Source: Octopus sinensis
Taxonomy: Eukaryota
DNA length: 64,000 nt
NCBI RefSeq assembly: GCF_006345805.1
Contig: NC_043026.1
Span: forward strand, 682,001 to 746,000
Direction of reading: 5' to 3'
Below the pieces are notes generated by a model. It was not told the origin of the DNA, ran no database searches, and saw only the letters and a list, made by a program, of their open reading frames with translations. The translations under genes and the position numbers were made by a program. Positions 28,102-42,084 of the stretch are shown piece after piece (positions within the stretch are counted from its first letter, which is position 1; every line of letters starts with the position of its first letter).

Positions 28102-28914
28102 CTGTAGAGAGAAAAATATAAAAGGGCTGGTTTCAGATCTTTTTGCTGTTTAACCTCCTCAATGTGTATTACTTTGTCAGGAAAGGCATTTATTAATGTC
28201 AACGAAGTACAAAACTCTAATCTTCTGCTAAGTAAAATTCCCTGACTTAAATATACATGTTGTAGCGCTCCAGCCATTTCGTGAAGGCCTCATGAGTAAC
28301 AGTTTTATGATCTTTTTGCAGCTGTGATAAAAAATCATATTGCTCTACCTTCGGTATTCGAATACTATTTTATCCACCTTGTTTCACAATTTATGTGCTT
28401 ACTTGTGCATTTATGTATGTATGTATGTATGTATGTATGTATGTATGTATGTATGTATGTTTGTATGTATGTTTGTATGTATGTATGTATGTATGTATGT
28501 ATGTATGTATGTATGTATGTTTGTATGTATGTTTGTATGTATGTATGTATGTATGTATGTATGTATGTATGTATGTATGTATGTATGTTTGTATGTATGT
28601 TTGTATGTATGTATGTATGTATGTATGTATGTATGTATGTATTTGTTGGGGTTTATGTTTGAATGTGTGCACGTTTGTTCCCCACTATCGCTTGACAACC
28701 GGTGTTGCTGTGTTTACCTTCCCGTAACTTGGATGGATGGATGGATGGATAGATAGATAGGTAGACCAGAAAGACAGACAGACAGACAGATATATAGATA
28801 GATAGATTGGTAGATAGATAGATAGATAGATATAGATAGATAGCTATAGATAGATAGCTATAGATAGATAGCTATAGATAAATAGACAGACAGAGACAGA
28901 GAGATAGATAGATG

Positions 28915-28983
<69 letters not shown>

Positions 28984-29264
28984 CGTTTATGCAAACATAA
29001 TCTTTAAATAATAATCTGTATATAAAAAAGTATTCGTGCAAAGAATATAACGCAAAATTTATTTTCGATCTCGAAAATAAATTCAAAATAACTCGTGACG
29101 AATGCTCTGTATGAGGAATTTCGGAGAAAAGGAAAAGAATTGAGAACATCCATCTTGGACTTTACTTTCATTTTTTCTTTTTCTTAAGCGGCTCTGAAAG
29201 GGATTAAATTTGAACACGGAATCTAAAGCCAATTGAGTAATATGAAGTGATAATGATGACCTAC

Positions 29265-29428
29265 ACAACGCCCGCCATTGAGAAATAATTATGGGAGCTC
29301 GTTGCCAGATCGTCCCATGGGGAACTTTTCAGGTTTTTAGCAGAGAACCAGTTTTCAAGAGTTGTATTTCGTCCATTAAACACCATTGTTACTACGGCTG
29401 TTTCCTTTTTGTATAACACAAGTTTCAC
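29265..29428 (-). CDS. Gene B coding exon 3 (164 nt)
   Basis: ttttcag acceptor, GT|gtaggt donor; identical to gene A exon 3 except 6 substitutions near the 3' end. Confidence 0.9.
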
Positions 29429-29544
29429 CTGAAAACAACAACAAAAAAAACAACTTTTTACATTGCAAGTTTTACATGCACATGCTTGTTTGTATGTGTG
29501 TGTGCATGTGAATGTAGGTACGAGTACGTATGCGTGTATGTGTG

Positions 29545-29581
<37 letters not shown>

Positions 29582-29829
29582 ATAATTCAAATAAACAAAA
29601 CGGATACCTGCATTACGTCTGGATATCTTTGTTGGTTATTTTGATTTTAATCACCTTACTTTGAAATTGTATGGATAATACCGTACTAAATTCTGGTGCC
29701 TCAACCTGAGTATCATAGCTATTCTTGCTGCAATAGTGACAACATGAAATTCTTCCGTCCTCTTGCTCGGTTAAAGTATTTAAGAAAAATTACATCAATA
29801 TATGTTGTCTGTTAAAAATCCATATTTCT

Positions 29830-29915
29830 TGCAGCTGAAGATAGCGCTGTATTTAAATTGATCTAATGACTACATTTTTCAATTAAATAGAGCTGCTTGA
29901 AACGGTCGTACTGCA
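29830..29915 (+). ncRNA. Hammerhead-ribozyme-like motif (type I, degenerate stem II base)
   Basis: Stem I TGCAG/CTGCA, core CTGAAGA...GAAA, stem III C-GGTC-G, GTA cleavage triplet. Confidence 0.45.
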
Positions 29916-30319
29916 CTACTGCTTGACATCCTGTTACTTATTTACTTATATATATATATATATATATATAAGTAAATAAGTAACAGGATGTCAAGCAGTA
30001 GTGCTTGAGATGTGGAACACGAGTTGTGTATATAAAAAAGGAAATGAAGAAAATGCTGACAAAATAATTTAAGTAATTTAAGTAATTTAATTAGGTGAAG
30101 TTTTTTTTACCGGTTGCGCATTTGTTATGCTTATTAAAAGTTTTTTCCTCTTATCGTCAGATAAGAGGAAAAGAGGAAAAAACTTTTGATAAGCATAACA
30201 AATGCGCAACCGGTAAAAAACTTTTCACCTAATTAAATTACTTAAATTACTTAAATTATTTTGTCAGCATTTTCTTCATTTCCTTTTATATATATATATA
30301 TATATATATATAATGTATA

Positions 30320-30362
<43 letters not shown>

Positions 30363-30772
30363 ATTTTTATACAAGAATGTTGTTGACAGTGACTTCTAGG
30401 TTTCAGACAGTTAATTCATCGTCGGCTAAACCATATTTATATGATTCACAGGAATGAAGCGCACAAGAACACATACACATACACACACACACATTCACAC
30501 ACACATTCACACACATTCACACACATACGAACACATTCACACACATACAAACACACTTACACCACACATAGAAACACATATATTGCGTGCTTCAGTCACT
30601 GAGATGCGTCCATGCTGGAGCATCTCCTTGAAGGGTTTAGGCGAGGAAATTCAGCTAAGTTCCTGAAATACAAGGGATTAATATTTAAAAAAATATATAA
30701 TGAAAGTAAGTTGGTGTGTCTGTGTATAAACATATGTACGTATAATATGTGTGTGTGTGCGCGCATACATAC

Positions 30773-30951
30773 CTGATAAATTGGAAGACTCTTCCAGATA
30801 TCGAGTATTGGATGTCGGAAGAAATTTGGACAATGGATACCATTGCATTTGTCCACATTCCAAGTTGAAGGACTTCCTATATTGAGTATGGAATTATAGA
30901 TTAACGAATTTGCTCCCATTGATATGGCATAAGTTTTAATCCATTCACTAC
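30773..30951 (-). CDS. Gene B coding exon 2 (179 nt; SEWIKTYAISMG...DIWKSLPIYQ)
   Basis: tttcag acceptor, CAG|gtatgt donor, phase 1->0; 42/59 aa identical to gene A. Confidence 0.9.
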
Positions 30952-30956
30952 CTGAA

Positions 30957-31163
<207 letters not shown>

Positions 31164-31669
31164 TCATGTACAGTGTTATCATGTACATTGTTTTGTCTTG
31201 GTATAAAAGATGGGCTACAGCAAATATTCTGCTCAATACCACAGATTTGCTTGTCAGTTGTTTGACCTTAACCAGTTGAGCATGTCCCTTAGTGGCTGAC
31301 GATATGTGCATCTCTGATCACGAGCAGAAGTAGTGGGGGAGCATCATAGCCATGTGTTGAGAAGGATTCTTTGGGGTTTGAATAATTCACCTCTGGAAAC
31401 ATGGGTGGTTCTTTCAACATCCTTAAACAACCCTTATTCAGGGACCTTTTGAGCGGGATGGGCTACTCAATCTGAAGGAAATTCTAACTGGGCCCCACCT
31501 GCAAGGTCATGTGCTGTTTATCTTGATATGAGATCACCATGTCGCGCACATATGGTTGTGATGCATGTGCCTGGTGTACCCTTATCAGACGGGTAGTCAT
31601 GATGGGTATATTGGGCTTCGTATATTTTACCCCAGTGTCACTTTGATGGCATGAACTGCTCTCTCACTC

Positions 31670-31740
<71 letters not shown>

Positions 31741-31741
<1 letters not shown>

Positions 31742-32259
31742 GGACATGTATAGAAAGAAGAGCATTGGTACGACCGTAAACCCGAAAACATCATCGAAAA
31801 TAAAAATGCAAAGATCCTATGGAGTTTTTTATGATTCAGTGCGACCATGAGATAGAGAATAGGAAGTTGGACATAGTCTTAATTGGGAAAGAAAACAAAC
31901 TATGCTGGATCATAGATATAGCATGCCCAGCTGACAACAAGGTATGCGATAAGGAAGAAAGAAAAGTGGAGAGATATGACAGGTTAGCTTGGGAAGTTAA
32001 GCAGTTGTGGTCGATGAAAAAGGTAGCAGTAGTACCAATAATTGTCGGAGCCCTTGGAACAGTGAGCAAAAATCTCGAGAAGTACAAGGAACAAATAGGG
32101 GCTGCAATAAGTGTAGAGCACTTGCAGAAAACAGTATCGCTTAGAACCGCTCGAATACTCCGGAAGGTGCTCGAAAAATAAGAGGTGTTACCTAAGATCA
32201 CTGGTAGTGAACAGCTGACACTGTAGTACATCTCCAGCGTTAGAAGCTGTGCAAAGGCA
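31741..32259 (+). mobile_element. R4/Dong-type LINE 3' fragment (RLE endonuclease) inside an (AAT)n array
   Basis: LDIVLI...IIDIACP...KVERY...VPIIVGALG...ARILRKVLE; ends in a TAA tail. Confidence 0.85.
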
Positions 32260-32298
32260 ATAATAATAATGATGATGATGATGATAATAATAATAATG

Positions 32299-32395
<97 letters not shown>

Positions 32396-32421
32396 TGATG
32401 ATGATGATAATAATAATAATG

Positions 32422-32461
<40 letters not shown>

Positions 32462-32463
32462 TG

Positions 32464-32512
<49 letters not shown>

Positions 32513-32526
32513 TGATGATGATGATG

Positions 32527-32583
<57 letters not shown>

Positions 32584-32592
32584 GTGATAATG

Positions 32593-32630
<38 letters not shown>

Positions 32631-32631
<1 letters not shown>

Positions 32632-33195
32632 GAACTTCACCATTCAAACTGACAGGAAGATAGATGCAAATAGGCCAGACATCATATTGAAAGACTTCAG
32701 ACAAAGAACATGCCTCCTCATTGATATGACTGTCCCAATCGATATAAACGTATCTGTCAAGACCTACCAAAAACTGAGCAAATATAAAGATCTTGAAATA
32801 GAAATCAGCAAAATGTGGAAGCTGAAGACTAAAACAATACCTGTTGTCATAGGTGCCCTGGGAATGATAGCAAAAGGGGCTGATAGCTACCTAACTCAGA
32901 TACCAGGAAACCCCAAAATGGCAGAAATTCAAAAGATAGTGCTCATGGGAACTGCTCATATCCTACGCAAAATACTCTCTATGTAATCCCAAGGTTTAAA
33001 ACAAACTTTTTTTTATTTATTTATTTATTTATTTATTTTTTAATTTTTATGTATTAGACATTCACTAGTACAACACCAAAAAACACAACCCCCCCAAAAA
33101 AATATATGGCACAGAACTTCTAACCTGTTTCTCTTGAGGTCTCTGGGTGAGACTTGGAGCCAACTTGTACAGACATAAAGCAAAAGTCAAACATA

Positions 33196-33200
<5 letters not shown>
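32631..33200 (+). mobile_element. R4/Dong-type LINE 3' fragment, second family
   Basis: RPDII...LLIDMTVP...KLSKYKDL RLE motif, 3'UTR and AAT tail. Confidence 0.88.
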
Positions 33201-33247
<47 letters not shown>

Positions 33248-33248
33248 T

Positions 33249-33337
<89 letters not shown>

Positions 33338-33345
33338 TCACTTAC

Positions 33346-33682
33346 TTCTGTAGTAGGAAATCTCGTTGCTATCGTTTCCTCTGACGACTGTCATAATATT
33401 CTTCGGTGAGTAATTCTTACAAACATGGCTGTCTTTGTTGTAAGAAAAGAATTCTGATTTGCTGCTTAGAGCGAGGCCGGAACACTCCAGTAGACTTCGC
33501 GATGTGGAGAATTGTTCTGTTGGAGACGCCTGAAGGTAATCATAGGAGTAACCAGGAGGCAGACGTTCGTAGTGGGCTTCGTTAAACTTCTGATCTGAGG
33601 TAACGGTCAGAATTGTTGCTAGGTTGACTAGCAACAAGATGGTCACGGTTGGACCGGTAGATGGAAATTGGCACATCCTGCT
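33346..33682 (-). CDS. Gene B first coding exon (ATG at 33676): signal peptide + PAN/Apple-like module
   Basis: ctgattctag acceptor, AGAA|gtaagt donor, 331 coding nt as in gene A; 73/110 aa identical by manual alignment. Confidence 0.9.
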
Positions 33683-33923
33683 CTAGAATCAGTGGAAACA
33701 GAGACAGGAAAGAGAGAAATAAAGAAAAAGGTAAAGAAAAGGATGAGGTGCGTAAGGGTGGGAAACAAAGAAGAGGTACAGGGTGGGGGGCTTGAAGGGG
33801 AGACGAGAAACCGAAACAAGATAGAAAAAATGATTGAGGAAGAAAAAGTGTGGCAATGAAGAACAATGTTTTACAAAGATGTGATCGAAAAGAAAACAGC
33901 GTATATTATTATTATTATTATTA

Positions 33924-33954
<31 letters not shown>

Positions 33955-34001
33955 CATTATTGTTATTATAATTATTATTATCATTATTATTATTATTATT
34001 A

Positions 34002-34033
<32 letters not shown>

Positions 34034-34073
34034 GCTGTTGTTGTTGTTATCATTATTATTATTATTGTTGTTG

Positions 34074-34126
<53 letters not shown>

Positions 34127-34195
34127 AATATTATTATTATTATTATTATTATCATTATTATTGTTATCATTATTATTATTATCATTATTATTATT

Positions 34196-34239
<44 letters not shown>

Positions 34240-34300
34240 CACTATCATTATTATTATTATTATCATTATTATTATTATCATTATTATTATTATTATTATT

Positions 34301-35364
34301 ATTCTATGTTTGACATTTGCTTTATGTCTGTACAAGTTGGCTCCAAGTCTCACCCAGAGACCTCAAGAGACAACAGGTTGGAAGTTCTGTGCCATATATT
34401 TAGGGTTTTTTTTTTTTGGTGTTGTACTAGTGAATGTCTAATACATAAAAAAAAAAAAAAAAAAGTTTGTTTTAAACCTTGGGATTACATAGAGAGTATT
34501 TTGCGTAAGATATGAGCAGTTCCCATGAGCACTATCTTTTGAATTTCTGCCATTTTGGGGTTTCCTGGTATCTGAGTTAGGTAGCAGTCAGTCCCTTTCG
34601 CTATCATTCCCAGGGCACCTATGACAACAGGTATTGTTTTAGTCTTCAGCTTCCACATTTTGCTGATTTCTATTTCAAGATCTTTATATTTGCTCAGTTT
34701 TTGGTAGGTCTTGACAGATACGTTTATATCGATTGGGACAGTCATATCAATGAGGAGGCATGTTCTTTGTCTGAAGTCTTTCAATATAATGTCTGGCCTA
34801 TTTGCATCTATCTTCCTGTCAGTTTGAATGGTGAAGTTCCAGAGGAGTGAGATGTGGTCATTTTCAAGCACAGGAGGTGGATCATGTTCCCACCAGTTTT
34901 TTTCATGGGGCAAATCCAGGTTTTTGCAAATTACCCAGTGAATATATTGTGCAGCTCTATCATGCCTACTGAGGTACTCTGTAGGCGCTAGAAGACTGCA
35001 TTTGGAGACAACATGGTCAATGGTTTCATTTTGTTGTCGGCATACACGACATGTTGGGCTACTGCCGTTCTTTAATATGTTGGCCTGGTAGTTTCTTGTT
35101 GGTAGGCATTGATCTTGAGCTGCTATGATAAACCCCTCTGTTTCAGATTTTAAGCCAGAGGCCATTAGCCATTGATGGGTCAGGGCTTTGTCGATATCTG
35201 CATTATTCGCTCTCTTTGGGTATTTGCCATAGAGAGGTTTTTCTTGCCATTCAGAATATCTAAGGCCGCAGTTTTGGCACGGGTTTTCATGCGCCTAGCT
35301 TTTTCTGTGCTTGTTTCTTGTATATCTATCTCTAATTCCGAAATTGGTTGTATTCGGAATTCAC

Positions 35365-35365
<1 letters not shown>
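34301..35365 (-). mobile_element. R4/Dong-type LINE 3' fragment (CCHC finger + RLE), inverted relative to 32631-33200
   Basis: ORF 34485-35165: LKSETEGFIIAAQDQ, CRVC...HVVSKC, RPDII; only 2 aa differ from the plus-strand copy over ~99 aa. Confidence 0.9.
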
Positions 35366-35405
<40 letters not shown>

Positions 35406-35417
35406 ATTATTATTATT

Positions 35418-35549
<132 letters not shown>

Positions 35550-35579
35550 GTTATTATTATTAATATTATTATCATTATC

Positions 35580-35641
<62 letters not shown>

Positions 35642-35733
35642 TATTATTATTATTATCAGTATTATTATTATTATTATCATAATCATTATTATCATTATCA
35701 TTATTATTATTATTATCATTATTATTATTATTA

Positions 35734-35806
<73 letters not shown>

Positions 35807-36099
35807 TATTATTATCATTATTATTATTATCAGTATTATTATTATTATCATTATTATCAGTATCATTATTATTCTTTTTTGCTTCTTTCAAATTTGCTTC
35901 CATTTCTTGCCGAGTGCCTTCCCGACTCCTAGGGCAAAGAAACTCATAGTATACATTGGTAGGGCATTAAACTCAACTCAATAGTTCGTTCATTTTTTTT
36001 AAAGTGAAATTAAAATACATGGGTAGTAATAGTTCTCACATCGACAATGCTCTTCTCTATTATTATTATTATTATTTTTAGTATTATTATTTTTATTAC

Positions 36100-36177
<78 letters not shown>

Positions 36178-36219
36178 TATATTATTATTATTATTATTAT
36201 ATATATTATTATTATTATT

Positions 36220-36264
<45 letters not shown>

Positions 36265-36341
36265 GTTTATTGTTCTTATTACTGTTGCTGTTTCTGCTAT
36301 TATTATTTTTGCTGTTGTTGTTGTTGTTGTTATTATTATTA

Positions 36342-36377
<36 letters not shown>

Positions 36378-36883
36378 CATTACTATTATTATGTTTTTAA
36401 TGACGCCAATAGGGTGATGGAAGATCTTTTGGGGGAATAGAGAGAGAAAAGACAAACAGACAGAGACAGCGACAGACGGGCAAACAGACTGACAGAGAAT
36501 TGTCCCAGATACGTGTAAATAAAAACAGGATGATCGCGAGCGGAATACCTTTGACAATAGCACAGCTCGATCGGGCTTGTCCAGGAGCAAAACGGCAAAA
36601 ACAAAAACATTGATGATTATTACACCTACGACACCCTGATAATATAGCCATAGTTATTGTATTTCTGAATAAATGATGAGATCGTTACGGCCTGAAAAAC
36701 TGTGGTTATAGATCTGCTCAGTTACGACTCAACAAAAAGAGTTATAAGTTTAAAGACTGTCCCGAGCCTCCAAGTCCATCAGGCCGCAACTTGTTACCAT
36801 TTGTAAGGAGTTTAAATGACCGAGAGTACAATACTACCTGATTAAGAGAACATCCGTCCATCACTGGGGTTGACACTGCTCCA

Positions 36884-37630
36884 GCTGTCAGTTGTGCTTA
36901 TTTTAAATAGAGTGGACTGAAGTAACGTGAAATTGAAGTACCTTGTCGAAGGGTTCAGATATCACAATCTTATGACCGTGGGAGACCACAGGACCTTAAC
37001 CTGTGTTAAGCTGTCAGTTGTGCTTATTTTAAATAGAGTGGACTGAAGTAACGTGAAATTGAAGTACCTTGTCGAAGGGTTCAGATATCACAATCTTATG
37101 ACCGTGGGAGACCACAGGACCTTAACCTGTGTTAAGCTGTCAGTTGTGCTTATTTTAAATAGAGTGGACTGAAGTAACGTGAAATTGAAGTACCTTGTCG
37201 AAGGGTTCAGATATCACAATCTTATGACCGTGGGAGACCACAGGACCTTAACCTGTGTTAAGCTGTCAGTTGTGCTTATTTTAAATAGAGTGGACTGAAG
37301 TAACATGAAATTGAAGTACCTTGTCGAGGGGTTCAGATATCACAATCTTATGACCGTGGGAGACCACAGGACCTTAACCTGTGTTAAGCTGTCAGTTGTG
37401 CTTATTTTAAATAGAGTGGACTGAAGTAACATGAAATTGAAGTACCTTGTCGAAGGGTTCAGATATTACAATCTTATGACCGTGGGAGACCACAGGACCT
37501 TAACCTGTGTTAAGCTGTCAGTTGTGCTTATTTTAAATAGAGTGGACTGAAGTAACATGAAATTGAAGTACCTTGTCGAGGGGTTCAGATATCACAATCT
37601 TATGACCGTGGGAGACCACAGGACCTTAAC
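36884..37630. repeat. Tandem array, 126-bp unit x ~5.9, in the 5'UTR intron of gene B
   Basis: Unit starts at 36884, 37010, 37136, 37262, 37388 and 37514; units differ at about 3 positions. Confidence 0.95.
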
Positions 37631-37842
37631 TGCTACACCACGCATCATATTCTTAAATCTAACACACACACACACACACACACACGCACGCACGCAGACA
37701 CACACACAAAACACACATACATTTACATACGCATGCATATACACACGAACACATACACATATACGCGCGCAGGTTCAGACACAAGCACAAACAACCGCTC
37801 ACTCATGCACACGAAGTATTTAGATTATGAAACAAAACCTAC

Positions 37843-37990
37843 CTTTGGTGGGGCTACTGGCAGCACCTACGCTTTCAGTGGTCAACGGGAGAATTTGTTA
37901 AATCTGTCCTCTATGGCTGTCCAGTAATTTCCTCAGCTGGGATGACCGTCCACTTATATTAGTAATGTTCCAAAATATCAAGGTTGGCCA
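37843..37990 (-). other. Gene B upstream 5'UTR exon (5' boundary unknown)
   Basis: Donor AAAG|gtaggt; aligns with 15610-15715 upstream of gene A. Confidence 0.55.
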
Positions 37991-37992
37991 CA

Positions 37993-38224
37993 AGATATGA
38001 CAAGTTAGCTTGGGAAGTTAAGCAGTTGTGGTCGATGAAAAAGGTAGCAGTAGTACCAATAATTGTCGGAGCCCTAGGAACAGTGAGCAAAAATCTCGAG
38101 AAGTACAAGGAACAAATAGGGGCTGCAATAAGTGTAGAGCACTTGCAGAAAACAGTATCGCTTAGAACCGCTCGAATACTCCGGAAGGTGCTCGAAAAAG
38201 AAGAGGTGTTACCTTAGATCACAG
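37993..38224 (+). mobile_element. 232-bp internal LINE piece nearly identical to 31972-32203
   Basis: About 5 mismatches; lacks the element 3' end and AAT tail. Confidence 0.85.
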
Positions 38225-39331
38225 GTCAACACTGTTCGTAGATGTCAAGCCAGATCTCCTCCAAATGCCTCTTTCAAATGCCTCTTTCAAATGCCGCCGA
38301 GGTCAACTTTGCCTTTCATCTTTTCGACTCAATAACGAGTACCAGTTGAGCAAAATTCTGTGTTATTGATTATCCTTTTTTTACAAAATTTCAGGCCTTG
38401 TGCCTATAATAGAAAGTATATTATCCACTGCTTTCAAAACTTCAACAGAAACTGAAAAGAATGTATATATATATATATATATATACATGTGTGCGTGTAC
38501 GTCTGTGTGTCTGTGTTTGTCCTCCTAGCATTGCTTGACAACCGATGCTGGTGTGTTTATGTCCACGTCACTGTCCCTTGGTATTAATCCAGAGCTTCTG
38601 CTAATGCTATTGTTCGTTGCTTTCAGGATTACAACGGACGTCAACACTGTCTCTAAATGTGAAACCGGAACCCAGGTTTTCGAACTGTCCACCGATGGCA
38701 AGAGTATCCGCTTCTGTCACGAATATCTGCTGATATCACGCCTCTGTACAATAGCCAATGATGTCCACTTTGGTCAGCAGACTTGATTGAAATGAATTCT
38801 GTCCAATTTGCTAATATATCTCCGCTAACACACTACAAAACAAGGGGTGTTATGTGCCATTATGAACAGTCACGCTTCACCGAGCAGATTCGATAAACAG
38901 ACGCGAAATCAATAAGATGTGTCCGTTGTCGTTGCTGTTGTTGTTGTTGGTGGTGATGATGGGGTGGGGGGGTGGTGGGGGTGTTAGTGATGGTAGGAGT
39001 GGGAAAGACGAGTGCGGTTGTGGTGGGTGTGGTTGTGGTGTTGGAGAAGTGTGTGGGGGTGATGCTGGAAGTGGCAATGGTGGTGGTGGTGGTAGTGATA
39101 ATGGTGTTGCAGATGATGGTGGTGATGGTAGGTGCGGTGGTGTCGGGTGGGGGTGTGGGTGGGGTGGGGGTGATGGTGGTATTGTCGCGGTGCTGGCTCT
39201 CTGGTTACTGAGTGGGGGGAGGGCGGTGGGGATGAAGGCTGTGATGTTTACGGAAGTGGTGGTGTTGATGAGGTTGGGCATTGTAGGAAGTATCGGTGAT
39301 TCGTAATCATTAAGTGGTTTAAAGATACAGG

Positions 39332-39373
<42 letters not shown>

Positions 39374-39399
39374 TACACACACATACACACACACACACA

Positions 39400-39704
39400 C
39401 ACATATACACAAATGCTCACACACACATACATACGCACATGTACACTGCATGCACACACACACACACACACATACACATACACAAATGCTGACACACGCA
39501 TAAATACGCGCACACACACACACACACACACATACATACGCACATGTACACTGCATGCACACACACACACACACATACACATACACAAATGCTGACACAC
39601 GCATACATACGCACATGTACACTGCATACACACACACACACACACACACACATACACATACACAAATGCTGACACACGCATACATACGCACATGTACACT
39701 GCAT

Positions 39705-39736
<32 letters not shown>

Positions 39737-39994
39737 ATACACAAATGCTGACACACGCATACATACGCACATGTACACTGCATACACACACACACACACA
39801 CACACACATACACATACACAAATGCTGACACACGCATACATACGCACATGTACACTGCATACACACACACACACACACACACATACACATACACAAATGC
39901 TGACACACGCATACATACGCAAATGTACACTGCATACACACACACACACACACACACACATACACATACACAAATGCTCACACACGCATAAATA

Positions 39995-40000
<6 letters not shown>
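39400..40000. repeat. Minisatellite of ~60-bp units derived from (CA)n
   Basis: Recurring ACAAATGCTGACACACGCATACATACGCACATGTACACTGCAT with variable CA runs. Confidence 0.9.
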
Positions 40001-40037
<37 letters not shown>

Positions 40038-40762
40038 ATCATAGCAGAAGTTATTTTCCATGAAATATGGAGCTACAGGTGATCAGTTAATTAATATACA
40101 GATAATTAGTGCAGATCTGCTTACATTATTTATGCATAAAACTTTGCTTGAATCTCTTCCACTGCAGCCTCGGGTCAACCAAAGACTTGAGGGAGGATTT
40201 GGTAGACGGAAACCCAAAGAAGCCCGTCGTGTGTGTGTGTGTGTGTCCGTGTCCTTGCATCTCTCTTTGTCCCCAATATCGTGTGACAACCGGTGTTGGT
40301 TTCTTTACGCCTCATCATTTCGAGGTCGATTAAATAAGTACCAGTTGCGCACTTGGGTCGATATAATCGACTTAATACCTATGTCTGTCCTTGTTTGTCC
40401 CCTCTGTGTTTAGCCCCTTGTGGGTGATAAAGAAATAGGTATTTCGTCTGCCGTTACGTTCTGAGTTCAAATTCCGCCGAGGTCGACTTTGCCTATCATT
40501 CTTTCGGGGTCGATTAAATAAGTACCAGTTGCGCACTTGGGTCGATATAATCGACTTAATCCGTTTGTCTGTCCTTGTTTGTCCTCTTTGTGTTTAGCCC
40601 CTTGTGGGTGATAAAGAAATAGGTATTTCGTCTGCCGTTACGTTCTGAGTTCAAATTCCGCCGAGGTCGACTTTGCCTATCATTCTTTCGGGGTCGATAA
40701 ATTAAGTACCAGTTACGCACTGGGGTCGATGTAATAGATAGAGAGAGAGGGGGAAGTGTGTG

Positions 40763-40805
<43 letters not shown>

Positions 40806-41569
40806 ATGCGTGTGTTAGTTTCTTTACTAAAACTGATAATCATGAACCACCGACAGTTTCAAGTGTCACCACCAACGACTACACCAAATAACAACAATAA
40901 CAACACTACACGCGTTCGTGCTTATCAGGCTATCTACCAATCCCACCGTGTTTACTGGAGCGTGTTTAGTACAATAACTTCATATTAAAACTAGCCTATC
41001 TTTGTTTCAATCGAGAAATGATACGTGGACAATCATTGGCATGAAAAGTATCAATATCTGTTGCCTTTACTAACCTTTGTGGACAGTTTTTATTTCATTG
41101 GACATTAGACATAACAGTGGACATAGCTGTCATAATCGGACGGTCCGAGAACCGAAGCCTTGTGTTGATATCCTGAGACCGCGCAGGCCTCTGTTGTAGT
41201 TTTGGAAGCGGTGCATAATATTGGTGTGTGTGGTCATTTTTGGTACTCTCGGACATTACCGATAAAAGAGGACAGTCGCCCCAGCAGTAAGCATTAGTGT
41301 ACAGTGAGAGTGGACATTCCTAACGTTGTTTCTCGTTGACCACTGAGAGCATTAGGGCTCCTTCTATCCACTACAAAGGTAAGATACTGTTTTATAAGCT
41401 TCAGCTTGTTGCTTTGTGTGTGTGTATGTGCATGCGGGCATGTGGGTGCGCGCGCGCGTGCTTGTATGTGTGTGTGTGTGTGTGTGTGTAATGCATGCAT
41501 AGGTGTGTGTGTGTACATGCATGCATAGGTGTGTGTGTGTACATGCATGCATAGGTGTGTGTGTGTGTG

Positions 41570-41638
<69 letters not shown>

Positions 41639-42084
41639 TTTCTTTTTTCACCATAATGTTGAGAAAAAGAGGGGCCCTGTGGTAAGTAGCTTGCTTACCA
41701 ACCACATGGTTCCGGGTTCAGTCCCCTGCGTGGCACCTTGGGCAAGTTTCTACTACTATAGCCTCGGGCCGACCAAAGCTTGTGAGTGGATTTGGTAGAC
41801 GGAAACTGAAAGAAGCCCGTCGTATATATGTATATATTATATATATATATATATATCATGTGTGCGGGTATGTCTGTGTGTCTGTGTTTGTCCTCTAGCA
41901 TTGCTTGGAAACCGATGCTGGGGTGTTTTGTCCACGTCACTTAGCGGTCCGGCAAAAGAGACCAATAGAATAAGTACTGGGCTTACAAAGAATAAGTCCG
42001 AGGTCGAGCTGCTCGACTAAAGGCGGTGCTCCAGCATGGGCCGCAGTAAAATGACTGAAACAAGTAAAAGAGTATACGTACATA

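Noticed and set aside
36884-37630. Possible CRISPR-like array or repeat-protein exon
   Set aside because: Whole units repeat with no unique spacers, and the context is eukaryotic. The frame followed (ORF 37557-37823) hits a stop inside the unit, so there is no sign of a repeat-protein exon.
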